A stretch of 64,000 nucleotides of DNA from Octopus vulgaris (taxonomy: Eukaryota): positions 140,182,001 to 140,246,000 of the forward strand of contig OX597814.1 of assembly GCA_951406725.2 (NCBI GenBank), read 5' to 3'. The position numbers and the translations under genes were made by a program. Below the pieces are notes generated by a model. That model ran no database searches and was not told where the DNA came from. It was given only the letters and a program-made list of their open reading frames with translations. This document shows positions 24,725-37,000 of this stretch, one piece after another (the stretch's first letter is position 1; each line of letters starts with the position of its first letter).

Positions 24725-25045
24725 CAAATTATATTAGTTAGCACAGATGTTGTCTTGAGGTTTGGTAACAACAAGTTTCCTCAAGTCTCAAGAATCATTC
24801 TTAGGATTTTTGCAGAATACAAGATTCTGCTTTTCTGCAAGTCAACAATCTGAGGGTTAATTTCAATATCCTTCAGCTTCTTAGGTAGCAGTTTGGGTGT
24901 TGTGCTAATTGCACCAATTATCACAGGAATAATTGTCATCTTAGTTTTCTGCAATCTCTTCATCGTTCTGGTTAGGTTCTGATATTTCTCAGTTTTATCA
25001 ATGTTTTTGGTATCCATTCTATTATCACATGGTATTGCAAAATCT
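24725..25045 (-). mobile_element. 5'-truncated R4/Dong-clade LINE: restriction-like endonuclease C-terminus and 3'UTR
   Basis: ORF 24781-25074 reads IIDFAIPCDNRMDTKNIDKTEKYQNLTRTMKRLQKTKMTIIPVIIGAISTTPK...LQKSRILYSAKILRMILET*, the typical RLE 'IID..P.D......EK.EKY..L' and 'LQK..L...A.ILR.VL' motifs. Embedded in (TAA)n on both sides. Confidence 0.85.
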
Positions 25046-25721
25046 ATAATATTATTACATTTTATTATCTTCATTATTATTATTATTATTATTATTATTG
25101 TGGATTGGCAGAATTGTTTTTATTCCAGCTCTTTACATTCTGCATCCAAGTTCTGTTTTTCAGCAATTCAGTTCAATAAAATGTTGTCCCATTCAAGAAA
25201 TGTGGTCTATTTAATTAACTAACCTCTTCAGCAAAAACGTTCTGGCCTTGTGCCTATGTTGAAAATTATTGTTGTTGTTATAAGCCAAAGCTTCCTTAAA
25301 TTAACTCTGAGTTTCATGTTGCTAGTTATTTATATGACTGAAATAGTGACACCCCCATAACAATATATAAGCAAAACTATTCACAAATACATTGAAGTAT
25401 AAGTCATTGAGATTTGTTCAGATTCTGAAAAACTTTTTGGATATCCATCACACATTCATCTATTCAATTTTCATACACAGAACATGTGATATATTCATCT
25501 GTTTACATGCAAAGATACATGATGTTCTCATGTCTTCAGTATCATATGTATAGAACACACATAAGCAGAGAAGGTGGCTATTGTTTATGATGTTTTAGTA
25601 TTGATGACTATATGAATGTTTTTTTCTTTTTAATATTATATGACATCTTTCAGAGTGTGATAATTAAATTATGTAGATAAATTATTTTAATCAGTTGATA
25701 GTTGAAAATTTCTTAGTAAAT

Positions 25722-26100
25722 AGGTGCAGGCATGGCTGTGTGGTTCAGCAGCTTGCTTTGCAACCACATGGTTTCAGGTTCAGTCCCACTGCACAGCACC
25801 TTGGACAAATGTCTTCTGCTACAGCCCCAGGTGTACCAATGTCTTCTGAGTGAATTTGATAAATGAAAACTATGGAAGCCCGCCATGTACATATATATAT
25901 TTATATGTATGTATGTGTGCTCATGTTTGTTCCCCAACACTGCTTGACAACCAGTGTTGGTTTGTTTACATCCCTGTAACTGGTTTCATAAAAGAGACCA
26001 GTAGAATAAGTAGTTAGGTTGATTTGTTTGATTAAAACCATCAAGGCAATATCCCTTGCATGGCTGCAGTCTAATGACTGAAACAAGTAAAAAATAAAAG
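25722..26100 (+). mobile_element. Family-A SINE
   Basis: Head GGCATGGCTGTGTGGTT...GGTTCAGTCCCACTG; tail GACTGAAACAAGTAAAAAATAAAAG. Confidence 0.8.
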
Positions 26101-26711
26101 ATGTATACCTATCGAAGTGTCTACAAGTTTTCATCAATTATGATTTTTTTGTTTAAATTTTAAAAGGTTGCAATGGAATGTCATACTTCAAAGAGACACA
26201 TAAGTCACACATTGAACAATTAAAGTAGGAAGGTGTATGTCATATTAAGATTTTTATTAGAAATAGTGTTATTGTAAGCTACAGTTACATCAAAACCTTT
26301 GCTGGTCCTATGGCCAAGAAAAAACAGAAGAAATCTGTATAAACTACACCACACTCACCTCTAATTTCAACAACTTCAATATCTACCCACCAAAAGGTAT
26401 GTTTTATAAGGCTCATTGAAAATCCTTTTAAAAATGTGTGGCACAGCTTCTGCCAGCGTTTTGGGCAACCAGTTAAATCTCTGTATGGTTAATTATATTT
26501 CCATATGTTTATGAAGATATTTGTTTATACATTGTCAAACTACTCCCCTTCATCAGTTGGTTAAATAATCAGTTATGTGAAACCCAGATTTATGAGTCAA
26601 AAAGCTTTGTCTTATATATATAGATGCACCTCCACTCATATATATCTATATATATATACACAAATATCTATATGTTCTTATATATATATGTATATGTGTA
26701 TGTATACGTAG

Positions 26712-26955
26712 TGGAGGCTCATGGCTTAGTGGTTGAGGTATTGGACTCATGATTGTAAGATTGTGATTCCAATTCCTGGATCAGGCAATGCATTGTGTTC
26801 TTGAGCAAAACACTTCCTTTCACATTGCTCCAGTCCACTCAGCTGGTAAAAATGAGTAATCCTGCGATGGACTGGCATCCCGTCCAGGAGTATATACGTC
26901 ATTGAAACCGGGAAACCAGCCCTCATGAGCCTGGCATGGCTCAAGAAGGAAACTT
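26712..26955 (+). mobile_element. tRNA-derived SINE with Meta/V-like central domain
   Basis: A box TGGCTTAGTGG, B-box-like GATTCCAATTCC, then GTGTTCTTGAGCAAAACACTT...CTCCAGTCCACTCAGCTG...CCTGCGATGGACTGGCATCCCGTCCAGG. A related fragment lies at 37040-37140 (-). Confidence 0.7.
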
Positions 26956-26990
26956 TTATTTTTTTATTTATGTATATGTATGTATGTATA

Positions 26991-27036
<46 letters not shown>

Positions 27037-27477
27037 AAATCATAATTTTCGTTCACCTTTCTTCATACTACTTTTTATTATATTTTTTCTGTGTTTTGTT
27101 TATTAATCACAATTCATCTTATTTGATTATTTGATTGTACTTGAGATGCAATCATTCTTTTCAAAATTATTAATTCTCCATTTCAGCCAAAATGGTTTCT
27201 GCTATCTTTTACTTTTACTTCACAATTAATACCTGATTCTATTGAAAGTCTTCATTGCTGCTTTACTTGACCAGTTTTTATTTCTTCTTTTGATGAAATC
27301 AATGTGTCACTTTGCTAATGTTTCCCTTCTTTTTTTTTTTTTTTTTTTTTTTTGGTCATTCTCAGTTTTATTTTTTTATTCATTTATATATTCTCACTTA
27401 ATGGAAGTCATCCAATGTGTTTGTGTGTATGTGTAACACTCATTGAGACTGTCTGAAATATAAAAATAACATTGTGC

Positions 27478-27687
27478 TCTTTACTCTTTTACTTGTTTCA
27501 CTCATTTGACCATCGCCATGCTGGTACACCACCTTGTAGGATTAGTTGGACGAAATCTTAACTCCCCCACCTCAATGCTTAAAATTAGTACTGTGGGATG
27601 GGAGATTCTATCAGTCTCTTTGACTGAACTGGTAAGTTATGGAGATGTAAATAAACCAACACTGATTGTCAAGTGGTGGGGGCACAC

Positions 27688-27739
<52 letters not shown>

Positions 27740-27878
27740 TCCATCTAACAAATGTACTCACAGAGCATTGATATGCCCAGGGCTATAGTAGATAACACTT
27801 ATCCAAAGTGTCATGCAGTGAAACTGAACCTGAGACCATATAACTGCAAGGTGGACTCCTTAAGCACACAGCCATGTC
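27478..27878 (-). mobile_element. Family-A SINE (diverged)
   Basis: Tail TTTACTCTTTTACTTGTTTCA and head CACACAGCCATG on the plus strand. Confidence 0.75.
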
Positions 27879-28276
27879 TTTGTATAATTATGTAATTATA
27901 TTATAAAAATGTGAATAATTTTTTTAAATATCTGCCATGAATTGCAACCTTTTACATTCCAATTTCAAATTACGTCACAAGAAATTTTACCTTTCATCCC
28001 TCCAGAGTTGATAAAATAAAGAACTAGTCAGATACTGTTTCATTGCGGTTGACTATACTCCACCCTAAGCATGTATGACCTTGGACCTATGATTCCGCTA
28101 ATATTTAAGTACTTAAAGGTTGGGAGGGTCTTAATCAGCAAAGTATTAGGACATTTTTAGTTATGTCCCTTTACATATTGAGTTCTCTAGGATGAGTTTT
28201 TTCCAACAAAAGCACAGAGTAAAATGTGGAGGAAGGAGTTAGTCAATTAAACTGACTCCAGAACTTCACTGGAACT

Positions 28277-28484
28277 TTTTTACTTGTTTCAGTCATGTGA
28301 CTGTGGCTATGCTGGAGCACTACCTTTAGTCGAGCAAATGAACCCTAGGACTTATTCTTTGTAAGCCTAGTACTTATTCTATCGGTCTTTTTGCCAAACC
28401 GCTAAGTTACTGGGACGTAAACACACCAGCATCGGTTGTCAAGCGATGTTGGTGGGGGGGGGACAAACATATACACACACACAT

Positions 28485-28563
<79 letters not shown>

Positions 28564-28732
28564 AACAACAGGCTTCTTTCAGTTTTGATCTACCAAATCC
28601 GCTCACAAGGCTTTGGTCAGCCCGAGGCTATAGTAGAAGACACTTGCCCAAGGTGCCACTTAGTGGGACTGAACTCGGAACCATGTGGTTCATAAGCAAG
28701 CTACTTACCATACAGCCACTCCTACGCCTATA
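28277..28732 (-). mobile_element. Family-A SINE, full length, nested in an older family-C SINE
   Basis: Family-C sequence continues on both sides (28210-28275 and 28733-28860). Confidence 0.8.
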
Positions 28733-31700
28733 AACTTTGACCTTTTTGACACTTGAAGGAGGAAATACAGAGTTGGCCTCAACAGGATGTGAGCTCAGAA
28801 TATAAAGAGCTGGAAGAAATATCACTGAAGCATTTTTTCTGATGCTACAATGATTCTGTTAAGCTATGCTCTTCTTAACTAAAATGCTCTTCTTAACTAA
28901 AAAATAATCCTTTATAATTTTGGCTCAAGGCCAGCAATTTTAGTGGGAAGGTGTTTGTTGATTATATCAATCTCAGTGCTCAACTGGTACTTATTTTATC
29001 AACCCCAAAAGGGTGGAAGGCAAAGTCAAACTTGACGGGATTTGTATTCAGAATGCAAAGAGCCAAAATGCCGCTAGGTATTTTGCCTAACTCACCAATG
29101 ATTCTGCCAGCTCACTACTTTAAACTAAAAGATTATGATATAACACTTGAACTGCAATTAATTCATTTGGCGAAACACTTTACTATTAGCATGTGTCTTT
29201 GTGTTAATACAAGAAGTCAATATTTAACTTGTAGTAAATATCACCCTATTCTATTTTCTCTCTTTTTCCAAACCTGACTGCAATCCTTTGTACAGAGTTG
29301 ATATCTATTAATATCTATGGCTCAGTAATTAATTCTCAGCAGTGGCATCTACTTCCTGCTTTTGATTGTCAGTCAGACTACCTTCACTTATTCTGTTAAT
29401 GAAATTAGTAAATATGTGAACACCACAACATCTCATTTTCTGTCTTTTGTAATTTTGAGGCTTCACTCCAAGAATATTGTTTAGTACCAATTTCTGCTAC
29501 TTGTTACCTTCAAGTGACTTTGTAAAAATTTCCAGTACTTGTTTCCCATCTTTTCTGTCATATATTTTCATACCAATACTTAGATAATGCCATACCTTCT
29601 ACAGTAATAGCCACAGGTAGTCAGTCCTATCTGGCAGACACAGCACTAACTAACTTACTTTTTGTTTTGTTAATATCTGTAAATATCTTAAACATTTGGG
29701 GGTCAAGATAAGCTATTTATTTTATTTAGTTTAACCCCAAATCCTTAACCAGAGATAGTTTATTTATATCATTCATTCATTTGTTCATTTAATATGTTTT
29801 TTTATGCTAACATAGGTTAGTGAGAAGTTATTCAAGACAGAATGATTTTACAAGAGGATGCTCTTCCCATTGCCAACCCTAAACCTGTTTTTCAGTTAAG
29901 GGATTTTAATATTTCATCTGGCTAAGTAAGCCAGCAGGGTGGCATCATTTGAAGGCTAAAACAATGTGAAACGCATTGTGACCAGCGATGTGTAGCAACA
30001 TCTGATAGCCTGGTCAGTCACGGTGATGGTGAATATTTCATAGCTTTTCAAAAGCACAGAGTGACAGGTCATAATGTCAGCAGGAATGTCAACACTGACA
30101 CCACTGTCCTCTCAAGGTAATAAGAGAAATACATACCTGCAAATGCACACCTACATTTATATTTACACAAGGGGCTTTATACAGAGCCTGTTCACCAAAT
30201 TCACTCATAGGGTATTGCTCAGCTCCAGGCAATAGTAAAAAGCACTCAGAAATCATGTGACTGTGAAGCATTTTCAGGTTCTTAGCCACTTTTTGTATGT
30301 TTGATTTTTGTGGTTATAGGAAAATCTAAGAGAAATGAACATGTTCATCCTCTGTTACATATCGACTAATCCTAACCCATAGCTGTTTTAGGGAGTCAAC
30401 AATTAATCAGAACTGAAACCAAGGAGAATGATTTAATGTTAATATTGTTAATTGGCTTTGGTTAGTTCTGTCAAAACTGTAACCAATTAAATATTTTGGG
30501 GTGATCCATAAATCTTAGACTTCAAATATAGCAATCCCTTATCTCAGAAATGCATGGGAGTTTCTTCATAGTTGCTTGATTCACTGAAAATGCAGCCAAA
30601 TCCCCCTCAAGTCACACCCTTCAATCTTTAATATAAAGACACATCTGATGTAGTTGTAGATGTATTATGTCATGTTTTTATAAAAGATAGGATGGTTATT
30701 ACTAGAATGCTCTTGATCATAAGTCTCCTGGATCAGATCACACCAAGGGTTAAACACTAGCAAACCACAACAATCTTCTATGTGATCTGAAATCACTAAG
30801 CTCATATTTCATTGTGTTTGATTTGATAGGGTGCAATGTAGCTAGGATCACTTTGCAATCAGTTTGCTTCTTCATGTTTCATATTTCCAATGTCTTAGAA
30901 CAGTGTTTACAATGGAAATTAGCAAGATAGATTATTGATATAGGATAACATAAGATTTGAATCTACAGGAATTTGGTATTTGCTAGTAATTTGGTATGTT
31001 TCATGCTTATTTCGCCATTTTTGAGATACAGAGTGATCTTAGTGATTTCTGTTGATTTGTTGCTAACTGGTACATTAATTTTTTTCCTTTTTACTTTTGA
31101 GATTGTGAATGAAAACTGTTCTTAAATAGAATTATGCTATATTAGTTGGGGGTTATTTTAGTGGGCGGGGGTTTCCTTTTTGCATTTGATGTTATCATAA
31201 TTTAATATCTACATTTTCATGCTTGCAAGAGTCAGGTGGAATTTGTTGAAACAGATTTTTTAGAGCCAGATTCCTTTTCTGTCACCAGCCCTTACCTGTT
31301 TCTGATTAAGCTAATATTTCCCTATGGCCAGACATGTTTTTTCATGGGGGGGGACTAGAAACAAACAACCTCACTAGTATGATGGTGATACTCATTTACA
31401 GCCATCATATGATTCTAGCCGAGGGTACACATATACATACACTCAAATACACATATGACATATACAATATATACAACAGGCTTCCTTTAGTTCCTGTCCA
31501 ATCAAATCTATTCACAAGGCCTTCATTGGCCCAGGACTATAACAGAAGACACTTGTCAACATACCACACAGTGGAACTGAACCTTAGACTACATGGTTTA
31601 GAAGTAAACTTCTTAACTACACAGGGATAAATTGATCCTTAGTTATGTTAGAAGAAAAATTAGAACATAGCATTAATTAACTATATAGTAATGATAAACA

Positions 31701-32859
31701 CTATTTTCTTGATTTATACAAAACTTATCAGTGTGAATATGAACAAATATGTAAATGTCTGTGTGTTTGATTGCATATGTGCATATATGTGTACAAGAGT
31801 GTTTGTATGACAGCATATATGCATACATGTATATCTGTATACCTATATGCACATATGTACATGTAACATCTCTATGATTGAATGTCTGTGTTGAAAATTT
31901 GTCTTAACATTTTATGATTGTTATTGACTCTTCAATTTTCCTAAAATTTCTTTTCTTTTCTTTCATGACCTCAAATCTTAACCACTGTATCAAAAGCATA
32001 TCCAATTTCTCTTATCCTCTTTTGTTTCAGACAACCATTTTATAAAGTATCATTGAAGTTTTTCTTTCTTTTATTCTACTGACATGTCAATGGCATTTGT
32101 TCTTTTATCCAGGAAATATAAGTTGCTTCTGTTGTTGTTTCAGACTTCATGAAAAATAAGTGGGAAATTGGTAATATTTTACATAAAACACAAAGAAATT
32201 TCATTTCCATTTTAGCACTCAAGGGGATGCATTTATAAATATAATTTGCATTCCAGTGTTTGCATCTACTTCCACTCAGTCAGATATGTTGCTAGGTAGG
32301 GTGCATAAATATAAAAGAAAAGTTCATAGATTGGTAGGTTGGAGTGTAAATAGATAGAGAAGTATGTAGGTAGATAGGTGGATAATAGGATTGGTGGTGG
32401 GGGAGATATGTAGATAGATTAGGTACCTTGGTAGACAGATGGATTTATATTTAGATATTCAATATTTGTTTTGTAAATATGCCAATTTAAAATAAAATTA
32501 TATATAACAATAAAAGTATAATTCAAAAAATACGTTTTTCTTTCTGCAAGAAGACAAAAGCATTTGTGTGTAATGCACACTTCCTGTAAATAACATGATC
32601 AATACATTTATCATCAAACTCTTTTTTCTTCTCCTTTTTATTCATTTATTTATTTATTTACTTTTACAAAGAATCAAATGATCAAAAACCAAGGAATATA
32701 CAATTTATTGAATGTCTGTGTGAATTTAAAACAATTCTGCTAAATTCTTTAAGCCTGAAGAAGTTGAAATAATATTTTCATTTTTTTTTTCTTCCTCATC
32801 AAATTTATTTTTTTTAGATTTTGTTTCTATAACCAAAAGGAAGAAAATTTCAAGAAATC

Positions 32860-32893
<34 letters not shown>

Positions 32894-32957
32894 TCCCCCA
32901 TGTGTGTTTCTAAGTGAATATGTTATTCATACTTTGTACATTATTGTTATTTCATAG

Positions 32958-33008
32958 CCATGTCCAACAGAGAAGTGAGCTTTCCACACCAATCCTAGGT
33001 GGAAACAG
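32958..33008 (+). CDS. Candidate 51-nt symmetric (phase 2-2) cassette exon: (S)HVQQRSELSTPILGGN(R/S)
   Basis: Acceptor TTATTGTTATTTCATAG, donor CAG|GTATAG, open only in phase 2, TGCATG ~12 nt downstream of the donor. Confidence 0.5.
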
Positions 33009-33705
33009 GTATAGGCTTGGTGCATGCATTTCTTCTTTAATCAAATTTTTCTTTTTAAATATCGTTGTTGTTGCTGGTATTGTTGTTGTTGTGGTGGTTG
33101 TTATTGTCGTTGCTATCACTTGTGATAATATATATATGTATGTATGTGTGTATATATAAATATATATATATATATGTGTATATGTATATATATATTATAA
33201 TTTGCTGCTGCTAATTCCAGTTTCCAATCTGTTCTCTCACACTTTTTCTTTTCATCTAAAAAGAAGGCACATTTGGAAAGCAATCATCAACAGTTTATGC
33301 CATTTCCTTCCCAACAACCACCAACAAATTGATTTGAGAAGCCATTAGATGTGAAAAAAATAGTAAATTAAATAAATACACTGAGAAATGAAATACAGAT
33401 TGGATTTTAAAGTCATGTTTATATTTCTTTTCATAATGATTTTATTTTAATTTTCATTGTTTTTTATATTTTATATTTATTTTTAGTTTTTAAAAGAAAT
33501 CAAAACCAAATCACAATCTTTGATTAAAAATTCTTTTCCACTATTTATATTTTGTTTTTTTCTAATGTATTTTTTGTTTTATTGTACTTCCTTTTCAATT
33601 TTTTTTTAAATCTCATCTTTCACACTTGCATAAAATCTTTTTTATTTTGTGTTTTTATTTCCTTGTTTTATTTTTATCTTTCCTTTCTATTTAAACTGTT
33701 GACAG

Positions 33706-33751
33706 AAAAGATTTCAGCTTGCTCTCCTGCAGGACTGCAAACATCACATAA
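33706..33751 (+). CDS. Candidate alternative terminal exon: (R)KDFSLLSCRTANIT* if phase 2
   Basis: First AG (33704-33705) after a ~207-nt AG-free, T-rich stretch (33497-33703). The stop is followed by an A-rich, 3'UTR-like sequence. Confidence 0.4.
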
Positions 33752-33852
33752 AACAAAAACAAACAAAAAAATCTATAAAAAATTTACATAAAAAAAAAAA
33801 TGACGAAGAACAAATAAGATGTCCAAGTTTTCTTAAAAACATCACTGTTGCT

Positions 33853-34030
33853 TGATAAATAACATGTTGACTTTTGACATTCTTGACCTGTTGTTATTTG
33901 GTCAATAACTTCTTGACCTTTGACATGACTAACCCTTTAAGAAAGCCTGATAAATATCATGTTGACCCTTTTCTTTACATTAGTGTTTAAGGATAAGTAA
34001 TTTATGAAATGCCATAGTAACTTTTGACAT
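33853..34030. promoter_or_regulatory. Cluster of TTGAC/TGACCT motifs (nuclear-receptor half-site-like)
   Basis: TTGAC at 33867, 33874, 33883, 33913, 33920, 33962 and 34024; GGTCAA at 33900; DR1-like TGACCTTTGACA at 33914-33925. Confidence 0.3.
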
Positions 34031-37000
34031 TAGCTACTGTTGATCATAAATGTTCTATTCGTCTATTTTGTCATTTTCCTTCTCACTCTTTCCAGCATTT
34101 ATCATCAGTACTATTATGTTATATCTGTTATTCTGTTATATCTGTTATTTTGAGAAGATCCAATCAAATCTGCAGAAACATAGGTGAATATTTTAACTGC
34201 ATTAACAGCCAGACTTTTTTTGTTTTGCTGATAAAGTGTAATAATACCAAAACATGTCCAGAGTTTTCACAGCACAACTAAAGGTCAGACTTACTCCTTA
34301 CTGCATTCTATATTTAATTAGTTAAAATACCTTCCATATTTAATTAAAATTTCAGGGCTCTCTCCCTTTCTTCTTTTTTTTTTTTTTTACCAGAATTAGT
34401 AATTTAGGTAATAATTATTCTCATCAGTAAGGATATCATTTGAATCAAAATTTCTTGGTTTATTATATAAACTATACTAGCCCTCACTTAATTCATTATG
34501 TTTTCTATCAACTTCTTATCCTGCCTTATTTACACCTGTCAAGCTGTTTACATTGTTCTGATCTAATTTTTTAAATGGTATTCTTTTCTGGTCAACTCCT
34601 GCACTTTACATTATTCATCCATATATGGGTTTTGTTCTCTTTCTTGTATACAAGAATATAATAAAATCTATTTGTTATCTGTGCCACACCAACACCATCG
34701 TCTGTACCCTACATACTAGTCCATGTCTTCTACATACCCACCTAAAAATTTTACCTCTTTTTCTCCAAGACACTGCCCAGGATTTAATTACCCTTTAAAT
34801 TCACTTCCTTTCTAAAGAGTGAAGCCTTTACTTAGATGAATTCTGTCCAACACTTCTCACTTTTAATTTCCATCATCAATTATTGTCCACTTTTCCATGC
34901 TTTTATGAGTTATACAGAATTTGTTGAGGCAAATTTTCAGCAGTTGGATGCCCTTCCTGTTGTCAACCCTCACCTGTTTCCAAGCAAGGTAATATTTTCC
35001 TATAGCTAGACATGTTTTTCCATAGAAGACTGCAAACAGATAACACTGCTTGTATGATGGTGGTGCTCATTTACAGCCATCATGTAATGTCTAGACAAAG
35101 GTACATACAAATACATATGTGATGGGCTTCTTTCAGTTTCCATCTACCAAATCCACTCCTAAAGCTTTTGTCAGCCTGGAACTATAGTAGAAGACACTTA
35201 CCCAATGTGCCATGCACTGGAATTGAACCCGAAATCATGTGGTTGAAAGCAAGCTTCTTAACCTCATAGCCATGCCTGCATCTGTGATTTAATAGAATTT
35301 ATCAATTTGCTTTTGTTGTTAATTAGCCTTGCTCAGCCTTAATTCAGTAGACCAATGATCAAAGACATTCTAACCATGACTGTCCTGTCTTTTTTCCAGA
35401 TATAGTGTAGTACCATAGTTCCATGAACTACATTATCTCATATATCCTCTTTTTAAAACAATAGAGTATAAATTGAAGTGAATTTAGTTGTTATTTCTAG
35501 CTGTTCAACTGAATATGAAGGCTCCATTCTTATTTGTGTGGCTAACTCTGCTGTTGTTTCCTTAATTATATGTCTTCAATTATAGATTTTTTTTTTTAAC
35601 CACTTTGCCATTATATTTTCTTTTATATCAAAATATCATACCCCATGATTGGCCCGGTCCACACTTTAGAAGTTTGTCCATCTCTAAATTCACTTCTATT
35701 ATTGTAAACATATTCCAGCCTTGACCCTGTTTATGTGGTAGATGAGTACTTTCTTTCATTGTGACACTCCCCACACTCCACTCACCACTAAACCCTAAAA
35801 TGAAAAAATAACCCCTTCCTGTCTTGCTATGAAGCTTCATGTAAGCAAAGGGCACATCCTATAAAATTTAGAGGCAATTCAAAACCACTGAATTTACTAT
35901 CTTCTAAACATACATAACTGGTGACATTTAAGTTTCTTTAAGTACCCAACATCATACCTTTGGGAATGATTGTTGCTTTTTTTTTTTGTTATGTCAAGAG
36001 GTTTCCAAATATGACTGAACTGAGGGCTGTCATTCTTTCATCATGGTAGTTGTTGTTTATCCCTGGGACTGCCCTAATCAAGTAGACTATAATCAAAAGT
36101 ATTCCACCCATGACCATACCATGTATTTTAGTTCTTTGACAAATGAATTGCACCCAGTTATAGTAAGTCTTCATTTCTGCTACTCTTCAACTTATATAGC
36201 TGTTAGTATTAATCTGCAGTCAAACACTACCTTTCCTGTCGTTTTTGTATCAAATTTCACTCTACATAAAAACAACAGATGCTATTTGAGCTATAGGGAC
36301 TCTAAAGAGTTCCTGCCACCTCATTCTTCCCATTATTTATGTTATCAATATTCTCCTTCATTACCAAACATTTTCCAATCCCTTAATGCCACTTACATTA
36401 TACTGTTTATAAGAAACTTAGACTTAAATGTCAAGATCTGTTTCAGAATGCCTAACTCAGTTATCTTCTTTAGAAACCAAGATAGTATATCAATATGTAA
36501 GTATTATTACTCAAGCTTTACATTTAATTCTTTAAAAATGTCTTGGAATATATTCTCTAGTATTATTGTGAACAAATTTAGATTGACTAAATTTATACAG
36601 TTTATACTTCTCAAGGATGTCTAACATTCTGCTCAGGAATGTGTAATAGCATTATTTTCTTTTATGTATATATATATATATATATATTATATATTATATA
36701 TTATATATTATATATATATTGGAGCAGTATACTTTTCCACAGCTTTGCTGTTTATTTCTTGGTTACTTGATTTTCCTTACAGTACATTAACTTGCCACCC
36801 AGCTATTCTGACCAATCACAGTGTGCTGACAGTTGGCAATGTTTAAGTGTACAAAAATACAACCAGCTGTCACTTGCAACTGAATATGGCTTGGTTATAT
36901 GTTCTGTATTTAAGCCAATTGTTTCAAGTGCCTATGTAGTCACAAGCAGACATAGATACTCTCTAATTTCCACACCCTTGATCCAGTAGTACACCCAGGA

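Noticed and set aside
28866-28901. 18-bp tandem duplication ATGCTCTTCTTAACTAAA x2
   Set aside because: Simple local duplication between two SINEs; no evidence of function.
36043-36624. 193-aa plus-strand ORF
   Set aside because: No protein-like features; the opposite strand has faint RT-like patches (LFTIILENIFQ), so it is probably the antisense of a very old LINE, too decayed to call.
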